Below, piece by piece: positions 63,540-64,000 of a DNA stretch of 64,000 bases. Source of the stretch: Botryllus schlosseri. Taxonomy: Eukaryota. Both the position numbers and the translations under genes were made by a program. The DNA is taken from positions 7,874,001-7,938,000 of the forward strand of contig CM119386.1 in NCBI GenBank assembly GCA_051294905.1. The letters are read 5' to 3'. How positions within the stretch are numbered: position 1 is the stretch's first letter; each line of letters begins with the position of its first letter. The notes beneath the pieces are model-generated. The model saw nothing but the letters and a program-made list of their open reading frames with translations, did no database searches and had not been told where the DNA came from.

Positions 63540-64000
63540 CAAGGTTGCATTTAAAACAAACGGAGTTTTAAAACACTTAATTTAAAACACTTTGTTTAAA
63601 ACATGTTTTCAATATCGTTTTAAACAAATGCCTTTTATTTTTTTGTTCAAACGTTGTATAATCATGCCATAATTGTTTAAATACTTTCGGAAAACAAATG
63701 TTATAAGTCTACGGACGACTTGCAACTAATATCATCGACGTATACGACATGGAGTGGCTGGAACCCTCGAAATCGTCGTTCGTTCAACAGTCATAGCAAA
63801 TAGATATAGATCATTGGTACGAAATGGGTGTTCTGATGATGATTAATGCGGCGGCCGACTATAAAAATCCTGCATAGCGATGCAGTCCTTGTCAAAGATA
63901 TTTTTGATCTGTTTATGATAGTGTTTAGAGGCCCTTTTCGCCGAAGAAGCCATATAAGCCTTATATTTTTAATTGTCAATGTCAATTCATTTTGACGTCA
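63540..64000 (+). mobile_element. tagggttgcattt TIR element, copy 3 (runs off window)
   Basis: Starts aaggttgcatttaaaacaaa; internal sequence homologous to copies 1 and 2. Confidence 0.85.

Overview
This is AT-rich (~38% GC by eye) animal genomic DNA with short GT-AG introns. An invertebrate deuterostome such as a tunicate is plausible, but that is inference only. Two intact multi-exon genes can be built on the minus strand. The first is a PLK2/PLK3-type polo-like kinase (9 exons, 46874-50713, ~819 aa, TATA-box promoter). The second is a WAP-like + sushi (CCP) + trypsin-family serine protease (9 exons found, 9066-13358; first exon not located), followed 3' by a short ubiquitin-like ORF (8512-8805). 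The rest is a dense patchwork of non-autonomous hAT-type elements (several with perfect 8-bp target-site duplications, some nested), tRNA-derived SINEs, microsatellites and heavily decayed coding relics. The most striking relic is a minus-strand pseudogene at ~56.2-59.84 kb. It reads as tandem death-effector domains followed by RIG-I-like DExD/H helicase motifs in the correct order. Other relics include a plus-strand CUB/tandem-sushi remnant (60.0-63.5 kb), a kinase N-lobe at the left edge, and SDR-, Ig/FN3-, death- and sushi-like fragments. All relic calls come from motif recognition by eye and need profile searches. No prokaryotic features, CRISPR arrays or rRNA genes were seen.
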